DNA of 57,100 nt from a virus (taxonomy: Duplodnaviria; Caudoviricetes): positions 1 to 57,100 of the IMG/VR virus record IMGVR_UViG_3300017700_000562; one strand, given 5' to 3'. A program made the translations under genes and the position numbers. Positions within the stretch are counted from its first letter, which is position 1, and each line of letters opens with the position of its first letter. Under the pieces are notes generated by a model that did not search any database, was not told where the DNA came from, and saw only the letters and a program-made list of their open reading frames with translations. Positions 7,991 to 17,700 of the stretch are shown piece by piece.

Positions 7991-8955
7991 GCGAACTGTC
8001 GCCCAAGGCCCTCAAGGCCATTGCCACCGTCGAAAAGCTGATGCGGCTCGCCGGCAAGAATCCCAACGAGGCCGAGGCTGCGGCGGCATCGGCCAAGGCC
8101 ATGGACCTGCTCGCCAAGTATAACCTCGACATGTCCATCGTCGAGCAGAATTCCGGCGACAAGGGCAAGCGCGAAGACGCCAAGATGGCTGGGGGTCTAT
8201 ACCATTACCAGCGGGACCTGTGGCAGGCTCTGGCCGAACTGAATTTCTGCATGTACTGGAATCAGTACCGGTATGACAAGGACAAGTCCGAGAAGCGACG
8301 ACGTCCCAGCTACACGTTTCAGCACCGGCTGGTCGGTCGCACCGTCAATGTGACGGCCACTCGCACCATGGCACAATACTTGGAGCAGACAATCGAACGC
8401 CTGACCCGTGAACGCATGGGCGGCGACGGCAAGCAATTCTTCACCCGATACGCGATCTCCTACCGCGAAGGCATCGCGGCCCGCGTCGAGGAAAAGATAT
8501 ACGAGCGCCGACGCCATCTTCTGGCCGAAGAAAGGGCCAAGGAAAAAGCTGCCGAGAAGGCGGCGCGTGCAGCCGGGCGCGAAGGCGTCAGCACGTCGAC
8601 GGCCCTTACGCTGGCCTCCCTGCGCCAGTCCGAAGAGGACGCCAACAATGACTTCCTGTATGGTGAGGGTTGGTCCGCAAAACAGCGCGCGGAAGCTTTG
8701 GCTCGCGCCGAGGCCTCGCGCATCGCGGAGGAAGAATACACCCGCTGGGCGAAGGCTAACCCCGAGGAAGCCGCCAAGGAAGCGGAGGAACTTCGCAAAC
8801 GCCAACGCGCTTATCGCCCTAGCTACGGTAGGGCCTCCTATCGCGACACCAAGCAGCGCGACGACGGCGCATATTATTCAGGCTACGACGCCGGGGCGAA
8901 CGTATCGATTGACCCGCAGGCTGATGGGCGCAAGAACGGAGGGCTGTTGAAATGA
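7987..8955 (+). CDS. DUF2786-domain protein
   Basis: N-terminal VEKLMRLAGKNPNEAEAAAASAKAMDLLAKYNL and C-terminal AYYSGYDAG. Confidence 0.8.
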   Translation: MSELSPKALKAIATVEKLMRLAGKNPNEAEAAAASAKAMDLLAKYNLDMSIVEQNSGDKGKREDAKMAGGLYHYQRDLWQALAELNFCMYWNQYRYDKDKSEKRRRPSYTFQHRLVGRTVNVTATRTMAQYLEQTIERLTRERMGGDGKQFFTRYAISYREGIAARVEEKIYERRRHLLAEERAKEKAAEKAARAAGREGVSTSTALTLASLRQSEEDANNDFLYGEGWSAKQRAEALARAEASRIAEEEYTRWAKANPEEAAKEAEELRKRQRAYRPSYGRASYRDTKQRDDGAYYSGYDAGANVSIDPQADGRKNGGLLK

Positions 8956-9848
8956 CCAAGGAAGTCGGCACGTTCCGGGCCTATCGCAATGTCAAGTTCA
9001 CGGCGGAGTCCTTGGTTACGGTGCAGCAGGCCCGGCAGATCACATCTGAATATGAGGCGCAAGGAATTCCAATGTCCTTGCGCCAACTCTATTATCAGTT
9101 CGTGTCGCGCAACTGGCTGCCGAATTCCCAGGCGTCGTACAATCGCCTTGGCAACATCGTATCGGACGGTCGCATGGCAGGCCTGATTTCGTGGACCGCC
9201 ATCGAAGACCGGGGCCGCGATCTGCGGGGGCTGGAGCATTTCACCGGCCCCAAGCACGCCTTTGGTTCTACGATGGGTACATATCGTCTCGACAAGTGGG
9301 CCAATCAGCCTATTCGGCCAGAGGTATGGGTGGAGAAGGAAGCTCTGGTAGGCGTCATCGGCACAATCTGCAACCAACTGGAGGTAGATTACTTCGCTTG
9401 CAAGGGCTATAATTCCCAGTCCGAAGCATGGCGAGCCGGTCGAAGATTTGCTGGCTATGTTCAGAAGGGCCAGCGTCCTGTCGTGTTTCATCTTGGGGAC
9501 CACGACCCGTCTGGCTTGGACATGACCCGCGACAACCGAGAGCGTCTGGAATTGTTTGCCGGGGTGCCGGTCCAGGTGGTCCGGCTGGCCTTGAATATGG
9601 ACCAGATCGAGAAATATGCCCCACCCCCAAACTACGCCAAGATAACGGACAGCCGCTACGCTGATTACCAGCGCCAATACGGCGACGAAAGCTGGGAACT
9701 CGACGCTCTCAGCCCCAAGATCATTCATAATTTGATCGAGGGTGCGGTTCTCAAGTGCCGGGATCGCGTCAAGTGGGACGAAATGGTTTCGATGGAGATC
9801 GAAGACAAGCGTATCATGGAAGACATGATCGAGACACTTGACTTGTAA
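8952..9848 (+). CDS. Topoisomerase VI subunit A-like winged-helix/TOPRIM protein
   Basis: SLRQLYYQ, IEDRGR, EVWVEK, GYNS, LGDHDPSG (TOPRIM DxD) and WELDAL. Confidence 0.75.
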   Translation: MTKEVGTFRAYRNVKFTAESLVTVQQARQITSEYEAQGIPMSLRQLYYQFVSRNWLPNSQASYNRLGNIVSDGRMAGLISWTAIEDRGRDLRGLEHFTGPKHAFGSTMGTYRLDKWANQPIRPEVWVEKEALVGVIGTICNQLEVDYFACKGYNSQSEAWRAGRRFAGYVQKGQRPVVFHLGDHDPSGLDMTRDNRERLELFAGVPVQVVRLALNMDQIEKYAPPPNYAKITDSRYADYQRQYGDESWELDALSPKIIHNLIEGAVLKCRDRVKWDEMVSMEIEDKRIMEDMIETLDL

Positions 9849-9866
9849 GGTCGGACGTGGTTTTCT
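9838..9866 (+). promoter_or_regulatory. Sigma70-type promoter
   Basis: TTGACT-17 nt-TTTTCT with GTGG before the -10. Same design as the promoter at 49867. Confidence 0.6.
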
Positions 9867-9896
9867 GTCCTTTCAATTCAACGCAGGAGTTACACG

Positions 9897-11447
9897 ATGC
9901 CCTTCTCCCCGCAGCAGCAGACCGTCATTGACTGGGTTCCGGATGGAACTGGCAGCGCTTTCGTCGAGGCCGTCGCCGGGTCCGGCAAGACCACCACCCT
10001 GATCGGCGCGCTGCCCGACATGCAGGGCTCGGTGGCCTTCGCGGCATATAATACCAAGATCGTCAAGGAAATCAAGCAAAAGCTGATCAACAAGGCCGAC
10101 CGCGAGCATGAGGCCTTCGACCCGGCCTATATCGGCATCAACAACCGGGTGAACGTCAAGACGTTCCACGGGTTCGGGTTTGGGGCGTGGAAGTCGGTGT
10201 ACCCCGGGGTTGAATTGGACGACTTGAAAAAAGAGCGTACCACGGTAGCTGAACTAGGCATCCCTAAGATGTTGCAGGGACTTGTGTTCAAACTGGTCGG
10301 CCTCGCCAAGCAGTCGATGGGGGGCCTCGCGTGGCAGGTCGACGACCATTCTAATTGGTACAAGATCGTCGATCACTTCGATCTGGCCTACGAGATCGAG
10401 GACGAGAAGCTGATTGAACAGGCCATTGGCTTCGCGGTCCGTGCGCTGCGCCTGCACTATAAGATGGGTAGGAACATTATGTCGTTCGACGACATGATCT
10501 GGCTGCCCGTGATTTCGGGCTGTAAGGTCTGGCAGAACGACTGGGTCATCGTCGACGAGGCGCAGGACACCAATCCGGCCCGTCGCGCGCTGGCCCGCAA
10601 GATGCTCAAGGCTGGTGGCCGGTCGCTGTGGGTCGGGGACCGCCACCAAGCGATCTACGGGTTCACCGGAGCGGACGCAGATAGCGTCGACCAGATCATC
10701 CGCGATTTTAATTGCAGGGAATTGCCGCTGACTGTTACATTCCGTTGCCCCAAGGCCGTAGTTGAGAAGGCGCAGGAAGTGGTCTCCCATATTCAGGCCC
10801 ACGAGAGCGCGCCGGAAGGTGAAGTCCGGGAAATGAACGCCGAGACATTCGGGAAAATGGGTCTTATCTCGGACAAGACTTTAGACAATTTCCATCCCAC
10901 TCTCGACGCTATCCTTTGCCGCAACACCAAGCCCCTCGTCAAGATGGCATACCAGCTTATCAAGAAAGGCATCGCCTGTCACGTCGAGGGCCGCGACATC
11001 GGGCTGGGCATGGTCAAGCTGGTGAACCGGTTCGACACCAATTCCCTGAACGAACTGGAAGACCGTCTTATTGCCTATCGGGAGAAGGAAGTCGAAAAGC
11101 TGATCGCCAAGGGCAAGGAAACCGCCGCCGAGGCCCTGTCGGATCGCGTCGATACCGTGCTGGTGATGATGGAGGACAAGACCCTCAAGACCGTCATCGA
11201 CCTGCAGGACCGCATCTATGGGTTGTTCCTCGACGGTGACAAGGAAGCCAAGCCGACGTTGACCTTGTGCACCGTGCACCGGTCCAAAGGTCGCGAGTGG
11301 AAGCGAGTCTTTCTGTATGGCAAGGACGCCTATATGCCGTCCAAGTTCGCTCGGCAGGCTTGGCAACTCCAACAAGAGGCGAACCTCGTCTATGTAAGTT
11401 ACACGAGAGCCATGTCCGAATTGGTCCTAGTGCAGGCTTCCGAATGA
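9897..11447 (+). CDS. UvrD/Rep-like SF1 helicase
   Basis: AVAGSGKTT, IVDEAQD, VGDRHQAIYGFTGA, TFRCP, TVHRSKGREW and YVSYTRA. Confidence 0.93.
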   Translation: MPFSPQQQTVIDWVPDGTGSAFVEAVAGSGKTTTLIGALPDMQGSVAFAAYNTKIVKEIKQKLINKADREHEAFDPAYIGINNRVNVKTFHGFGFGAWKSVYPGVELDDLKKERTTVAELGIPKMLQGLVFKLVGLAKQSMGGLAWQVDDHSNWYKIVDHFDLAYEIEDEKLIEQAIGFAVRALRLHYKMGRNIMSFDDMIWLPVISGCKVWQNDWVIVDEAQDTNPARRALARKMLKAGGRSLWVGDRHQAIYGFTGADADSVDQIIRDFNCRELPLTVTFRCPKAVVEKAQEVVSHIQAHESAPEGEVREMNAETFGKMGLISDKTLDNFHPTLDAILCRNTKPLVKMAYQLIKKGIACHVEGRDIGLGMVKLVNRFDTNSLNELEDRLIAYREKEVEKLIAKGKETAAEALSDRVDTVLVMMEDKTLKTVIDLQDRIYGLFLDGDKEAKPTLTLCTVHRSKGREWKRVFLYGKDAYMPSKFARQAWQLQQEANLVYVSYTRAMSELVLVQASE

Positions 11448-11448
11448 A

Positions 11449-11913
11449 ATGCCCCGAGACTCAGAAAACCTTAAACGTTGGCGGGATGCTCGGTACCCCT
11501 TAGTGAAGGACGAGTTAAATCGCCAACGTAGTCAAAATCGCAAGGAAAGACGAGCTAATATGTCTTCGGAGGAAAAATCCAAGATATTAGAGACCAAACG
11601 TAACAATTACCGTCATGGGGACAAAACCTATCACGCGGCTCGTACCAAACGATACCGGGTTAAGCTTAAGATGGACGTAATCAAGGCTTATGGTGGGTGC
11701 TGCTCATGCTGTGAAGAGGACCACCCAGATTTCCTGACTGTCGACCATGTGAAAAACGATGGCAACGTCCACCGCCGCACTCTTAAAGGTACTCAAAATT
11801 TGTACCGCATGTTGCGGGACGCCGGCTACCCTAAAGATGACTACACCGTTCTTTGTTTCAATTGCAACATTGCACGCAGCCTGTTCGGCACGTGTCCACA
11901 CCAGAGGACCTGA
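11449..11913 (+). CDS. HNH-type (Cys-rich) homing endonuclease
   Basis: YGGCCSCC...LTVDHVKNDG...LCFNCN...CPH, in an AT-rich insert. Confidence 0.75.
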   Translation: MPRDSENLKRWRDARYPLVKDELNRQRSQNRKERRANMSSEEKSKILETKRNNYRHGDKTYHAARTKRYRVKLKMDVIKAYGGCCSCCEEDHPDFLTVDHVKNDGNVHRRTLKGTQNLYRMLRDAGYPKDDYTVLCFNCNIARSLFGTCPHQRT

Positions 11914-11916
11914 ACC

Positions 11917-12786
11917 ATGTCTGATTCCCACTACCCCCCTTCCGTCGTCGCTTTCCTCGCAGAGCAGGACCAGATTCGTGCCCACCGGGACCGGCTGGCT
12001 GCGGACCTGAAATGGCAGAAAGACGAAACGACGCGTTTCGACAAGCTGCTTGAAATGGAGCGTTTCAAGACTGAGCGTCTCCATGTCGAAATCGATCGCC
12101 TGTCGGCCCGTTCGGAGACCTATGGCCGCGTCGTCCATCGCCTCGTCGCCAAGGTCGAGACCATGGTATTACTGATGTCGGCGCAGATCGTCGAGATCAA
12201 GGACGAGATCGAACGCTCGCAGTTCGCACCGCCTGAACGGGAGAAGACCGAAGAGCCGGAACCTGATTATCATGAACGCCATCAAGTCATGGAAATGGCC
12301 GAGGCTCTAGATAATCTGCCGCCCGGCAAACTGGGCAAGATCATGCAGACTATTTCAGAGCAGCGCCGGCCTCGTCTCAATGACGTGGTGTCGTCCGTAC
12401 AGGAGATCGGGGACGACGAGCTTATCAGCGCCGAGGAAATCGGCCGTCTCGGTGCGGGCTTTCCGACGCCGGAGGAACTGCCGGACACGTCGAGTGCCGA
12501 AGACTGGCGTAACCAAGATAAAGTGCGAGACGGAACATCGCAGACGGAAGTGGAATTTGTACCCAAGCCAGTGAAGCGAAGCGAACCTAACACCACGACC
12601 CGCTCTACTCCTCATGTGCCGTCGCGCCCTGAAATGACCGTTAAAATCCGTGACCTTGGGGCTGAGATGGGTATGGAACCACTATATCGAGCTTCGCAGG
12701 AGCAGTTGGGGAAGGTCGACGCGGCTGCTTCGAGGACATCTCGCACCCCCATGCCTCCGCCACCGGAGTTTACGCGACGCTCTTAG
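11917..12786 (+). CDS. Hypothetical coiled-coil protein, last gene of the + arm
   Basis: Long ORF whose stop overlaps the stop of the convergent - arm. Confidence 0.65.
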   Translation: MSDSHYPPSVVAFLAEQDQIRAHRDRLAADLKWQKDETTRFDKLLEMERFKTERLHVEIDRLSARSETYGRVVHRLVAKVETMVLLMSAQIVEIKDEIERSQFAPPEREKTEEPEPDYHERHQVMEMAEALDNLPPGKLGKIMQTISEQRRPRLNDVVSSVQEIGDDELISAEEIGRLGAGFPTPEELPDTSSAEDWRNQDKVRDGTSQTEVEFVPKPVKRSEPNTTTRSTPHVPSRPEMTVKIRDLGAEMGMEPLYRASQEQLGKVDAAASRTSRTPMPPPPEFTRRS

Positions 12787-13382
12787 ACGGGTCCGGACCC
12801 ACCACCGCCGCGCCGAGTGGTCGAGGCGGGTCCCTCAAAAATCAGGCGCTCGATGCGATTGAACCGATCATCGATCTTCCGGTCCAGGGTGTCGAACGAT
12901 TTTTGGTGGGATTCCACCTGGACCTGATGGTCTTTTTTCTGCAGGTAGTGACGCTCCGAATATAATGCCTCGTCGTTGACTTTTTGCTTGATCGCGGCGA
13001 TAGTCTCACCGAATTTTTCAAACGTGTCGTTGTGTTGGTCGACGGCTTCCTTGCGGGCCTTTTCGACGTCCATGTTCAGTTCGGCCAGATTTTGCGTCGT
13101 CTCGGATCGTAATTTGTCGATACTGTCGCCGGCCACCTTGGCGCTGGCCTTGATCTCGTTGGATAAGTCTTCCTTCATCTTGTTTTCGCGCGCGGCCTGA
13201 TTCCAGGCTCCGCCGCGTATCTGGACGATGACGTTCAGCAGGAACCCGCCGACAGCCATCGTGGCCAGCACCCATGGTAAATATTCACGCGGTTCCGACC
13301 CTGCAGCCGGGGCAGCCTGTGCCAGAGCCACACCGACGTACGTTACGGCGAGCACCACCACCGTCGCGGGTAAAGCCCTCAT
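12783..13382 (-). CDS. Lysis-module membrane protein with coiled coil
   Basis: Signal-like N-terminus (..VALAQA), a second hydrophobic helix and a charged coiled coil. Confidence 0.6.
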   Translation of the reverse strand: MRALPATVVVLAVTYVGVALAQAAPAAGSEPREYLPWVLATMAVGGFLLNVIVQIRGGAWNQAARENKMKEDLSNEIKASAKVAGDSIDKLRSETTQNLAELNMDVEKARKEAVDQHNDTFEKFGETIAAIKQKVNDEALYSERHYLQKKDHQVQVESHQKSFDTLDRKIDDRFNRIERLIFEGPASTTRRGGGGSGPV

Positions 13383-13594
13383 GCGCTGGGCGCTTTCGGG
13401 CAGTTCTGGCGATAGAACAGTTCGTTGGCGAGAAGCCGTTTCTTGACCCCTGACGGGGCGGTGATGACGCCGTCCCCCTTTTCCACGATAACCTTGTTGT
13501 ACACCACACAGAAGGAATCGATTTGTTCGGGGGTGCAGCTACTTGGGCTCAAGGTCACGGAGAGCAGCATCAACGTCAGTATCGGATAGCGCAT
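13379..13594 (-). CDS. Lipoprotein, o-spanin (Rz1-like) candidate
   Basis: MRYPILTLMLLSVTLSPSSC has a lipobox-like Cys and overlaps the 3-prime end of the upstream gene. Confidence 0.6.
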   Translation of the reverse strand: MRYPILTLMLLSVTLSPSSCTPEQIDSFCVVYNKVIVEKGDGVITAPSGVKKRLLANELFYRQNCPKAPSA

Positions 13595-13778
13595 TGACCT
13601 TCTCCATGATGGCCTTACCGGCAGCGGTCTTGGCAAGAATGTTCTGTGACGTCTTGGCGATTTCAGCATCCGCCCCAGCCTTCATCCACTTGTTCTGCTG
13701 CGCCATGCTGGTCAGTGCTTCTGCCAGCTTGAGCAACGAAACGATGATGGATAGAACGACCGAGGCGGTACTGATCAT
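13539..13778 (-). CDS. i-spanin (Rz-like) candidate
   Basis: N-terminal TM helix plus a short helical domain, overlapping the lipoprotein gene downstream of the endolysin. Confidence 0.55.
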   Translation of the reverse strand: MISTASVVLSIIVSLLKLAEALTSMAQQNKWMKAGADAEIAKTSQNILAKTAAGKAIMEKVNALSDTDVDAALRDLEPK

Positions 13779-13784
13779 GGCGCG

Positions 13785-14090
13785 TCAGCCCCCGGCTGCG
13801 CGGACGGCGGTGACGATGGCCGGCGTGGCCGCGATCACGTCCTTGTTTTCCGTGGCATTCGCAATTTCGGGGGTCGTGACCACCGTGGTGCCGGGCTGGC
13901 TGCCGACCGTCTCTGCGAGGGTGACGGTCTTGGTGAACATACCCATGACGACGGCAACGATGGCAAACACGACGGACGACACCAGCGTGTTCCAGGTAGC
14001 CTGGTCGAGCAGTGGGAACTTCGAAGCCAGCCACGCGACGGCAAGGCCGATAAGCGGAGTGAGGATGGTCTTAATTTGCGTCATGTTCAT
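13785..14090 (-). CDS. Holin candidate
   Basis: About 100 aa with two TM helices, located next to the endolysin. Confidence 0.6.
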   Translation of the reverse strand: MNMTQIKTILTPLIGLAVAWLASKFPLLDQATWNTLVSSVVFAIVAVVMGMFTKTVTLAETVGSQPGTTVVTTPEIANATENKDVIAATPAIVTAVRAAGG

Positions 14091-14150
14091 GGTGAAAGTT
14101 CCTTCTAAGGTTCAGGGGGAATATAACATAGACAGTAGTGGAACGCTAGT

Positions 14151-14759
14151 CTACACGTACGGAGTTCCAGCTTCCAGCATGGCGCGGACCTGCGCCGTGG
14201 ATTTGCCGGTGTGGAGTTCGTAGTGCGGAGTATCTTTAATTGATTTCCAATCGCCGCCCCAGTCGAGGCCGACCGGCTTGATCAGCTTCGCGGCGTCGAC
14301 GTACGCCTTGTTTTCGGTGGCGTTCTTGCCGGTGTAGTAGGTCCTACCCTTGAAAATGCCAATGTCAAACGCGATCCCAAAATTGTGGTTGGACGACCCC
14401 GCCTTGGCGTTGGTCACGATACTGCCGGGCGCGCTGCGGCCCTGGTTGTACAGCTTGGTCTGTTCGGCGTAGGTGCGGGTTCCGGACAGAATCTGAACAG
14501 TGAGACCGCCGCCGAGCGCCTTGACGGCAACCATGGCCTTGCGCGCCGCAATCTGTGCCTTGGGCAACAGCGACATGATATTACCCTCGGTACGCTCGTC
14601 GAACCGGCCGTACTGCTCGGCGTACTTGACGACCAGCTTGTTGAAGGCGTCTTCGGCCTTACGCGAAAGGTCACCGTACGACCCGTCGATTTTGCCCGTG
14701 TAGAGCCCAGCGCATTTCAGGAAGCGCTGGGCGAAATAGACGTCTGCCTTGAAGTTCAT
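14151..14759 (-). CDS. Endolysin, M15 L-Ala-D-Glu peptidase with N-terminal peptidoglycan-binding segment
   Basis: GTRTYAEQ..LYNQGR, SNHNFGIAFDI, WGGDW and DTPHYE. N-terminal YTGKIDG.YG. Confidence 0.9.
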   Translation of the reverse strand: MNFKADVYFAQRFLKCAGLYTGKIDGSYGDLSRKAEDAFNKLVVKYAEQYGRFDERTEGNIMSLLPKAQIAARKAMVAVKALGGGLTVQILSGTRTYAEQTKLYNQGRSAPGSIVTNAKAGSSNHNFGIAFDIGIFKGRTYYTGKNATENKAYVDAAKLIKPVGLDWGGDWKSIKDTPHYELHTGKSTAQVRAMLEAGTPYV

Positions 14760-14765
14760 GGCGTT

Positions 14766-17700
14766 TTATCCTTTGATTTGTCCAGAAATACCAGAGCGTC
14801 TACCTGTATTTGCCGAGCCTACCATAGTTACGGCGTTTGCGCTGCTCATGTTTCCTACCATAGTTACGAAATGGTAGCCATCAGACACACTGTAACGATT
14901 GACTGCCGCGATGGACCCCGTTGCTGTGGTGCCGTTAATGATGCCGCAAGTATCTGTGGGAACGGTAGTGCTGTCTGCTGCACTAAGGCAGGTCCAAGAC
15001 GCGTCCCCTACGGCCACATTGAAACCGTTCCCTACCATGTTGAACGTAACGGCCTGATCCGCCCATGCAAGGAACTCGCAAGTAGGGGCGTTGGTGTATT
15101 GTACAAACACAGTAGTTGCTTGTGGTCCAGTTACCGTGCCGTTCGCCAACATCGGACAGCCCATAGGAATGTCGCGCTTGTTTTGCCACGAGACCACGAA
15201 CCGCTGGTTGGTGTTATATACATACACCACGGACGAACTAAATGTACGAATTTGACCAATCAGTGATCTGCTGGTATTGCCGCTTTTCACCGCCTGACCA
15301 ACATTTCCCGCTCCTGTGTCAATCACGTACCCGGTAGTGGAGAAATCGCAAGTAAGCGTTCCGCCGTTGTTGAACAGGTAGACATAGTAACTTGTGGAAA
15401 CTGCCAAAGTCTGAGCGGCCACTCCATTCAGGTATACCGACGTAGGGTTACCGCACCCGGCTACACCGGCAGCAGGGATTTGATACACCACCCCTGCGAT
15501 ACGTATGGTGTCGCAACTGGCAGAACTGACGGGAGAGAAGTCTAGTAGAGTTCCTGTTACATAAGTTAAGCGTCCGCATTCCTGGGATATAACGGGAGGA
15601 GTCCCCCCAGGAGGGGTCTTCCACGTACCATCCCCGGCCCAATAGGTAGTGCTGGATGCCCCCGAACCCCCGTTTAGATTCGTAACGGGCAGATTTCCAA
15701 CCACCCCGTTGGCAAGATTGACCTGGTCCCACTGAGGATTGTTACTGGCTCCTGTGTTGGCAAGGTAACGACTTGCACTAGTGCTCTTCGCGAGTACCGT
15801 GGGAGTATTGGCGGCTGAATAGTATATCAGGTCCCCCTGCGCCGTGGTGAGGTTTGTAAGCAGCCCCCCAGACGACATATAGGTCAGACCCGAGGCAGCG
15901 TAGGCGGGTAGTAGTATGCCCCCGGCCGCGTTAGATCGTATTCTAATATTACCCAGTCCATCGGCCAGGTAGATGTTGCCGTCCACCATGACGGAATGGT
16001 CTACCTTGCCTAGCGCCGTAACGTTGGAGAGAGCGCTGCCCGCAGTTGTTGCCCCCGTATTATTGACGAACAACGTGTTACCGCTGCCCGAGACGACTCC
16101 CTTGCCAGAATAGAAACCCGCAAATACGTTGCTGCTAGCAGTAGTCACGTTAGCGCCTGAGAGCAAACCAATAGCAATATTGCCCGACCCTGATGTAATG
16201 TCGGACAGCGTGCTCCAACCCAAAGTGGTATTATTAAACGCAGTGGAAATAGAAGGAGCAAAGGCAGCACAAGATTGTGCACCAATGCAAGTATTTTGAT
16301 ACCCGGTGGTAAGGCCGAGACCCGTGTTGTATCCCACTGCCACGTTTTCAGCCCCAGTATGAGGGGTGCCGGTGCCCCCCACCGGGTCGTAATTGCCGCC
16401 GATGGCGTTAGCCCCTAGCGCCGTGTTGTGCGTACCCGTGGTATTGGAAAGCAACGCGGTTGCGCCAACGGCAGTGTTCTCCTGAGCCAGATTGTTGTCT
16501 GCCCATTGTAACGCGAACAGACCGATTCCTACGTTGTAATAACAAGTCGTGCACCCGTAGCCGGACTGGTAGCCAACAAACGTGTTGTTGGTGGAAACTG
16601 GAAAGGTACCCCCAGTAATTTTGTAACCAGCCGCGTTACCAACTAGCACGTTGCCTTTGGAAGTGGTCATGTCATGACCAGCAGCGAAGCCATACGCGGT
16701 GTTTTCGATGCCCGTAGTCAAAGACGTCAAAGAAGCATTGACCGCAGTATTGGCACTCCCAGTCAACGTTCCATTACCAGCATTACAAAACACATTTGAC
16801 GTCCCCGGCGTAGTACAACCGCTACCGCCGCCACCACCAGAAGCAGCGATAGTAAGAGTGCCTGCCCCCGGTGTAATGGTAACATTCGCACCCGCCACCA
16901 GGGTAAGGTTACCCCTTAGTGTATTTAGAGACGTGACCGTGGCGTTAGCGCTGGCCATGTCTAGCAGGGACACCGACATTAAGGCCCCGGTGGAGGCCTT
17001 CTTGACCAGGAATTTATCATTGGCCGAATTTACCGGAGTGCCGCTAGGCAGACCGGCGATATCAAAAGCGGAACTGGACGCGACTACCGTCAAAGGATTG
17101 CCATACAGTGTGCCCGCACCGGCGGCAGCGCCGGGTGTAGAAACCGAAATGTCATTTCCGGTACATACCAGCCCCACGCCGCAGGTCAGCACGCCTTGCA
17201 TACCTCCGATGGACGCCACCCCGAAATAGGAATTAGGATTGGTATCGGGGGTGGTTTTGATGACGTAGTTCAATTGGGTGGTAGGCTGGATTATGGGAGC
17301 GGCTGCAGAACTACCATTTGTATTAATAGTAATACCGGTAACAGAATTTTGTGTGGAAACCCCCGCAAGGCTGGTGATAGTTCCTGTTGGTACGTTCACA
17401 CCGGCCCCGGCCACCACCGTGCCGATGGTAGTACCAGCATAAAGCGTACCGGCAGTCGTAGCATGTAAATGACTGGGGTCGGTAATACCATGATTGTGGG
17501 CCGCAAGTTCAGCCACGGTTTGTACATGGGACTGGGATCCGCACGACGCGCCCAAGCCCGGTTCGGCGCAGAATACCGCAGTAAGCCGGTTGGCCGCGAT
17601 TATGCCCATGTTGTCCCGACCAGCGACGACTCGCCCTCGCAGATCAGGCATGTTAAACGTGGTCGAGCCGTTACCATTGCCGAAATTGAAAAACCGGGTG

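Noticed and set aside
8952-9848. Wadjet JetD defence system
   Set aside because: No SMC, kleisin or KITE genes are nearby; only the TOPRIM fold is shared.
16000-16760. Diversity-generating or invertible tail-fibre cassette
   Set aside because: The repeats are protein-level beta-roll units. No reverse transcriptase, invertase or template/variable repeat pair was found.
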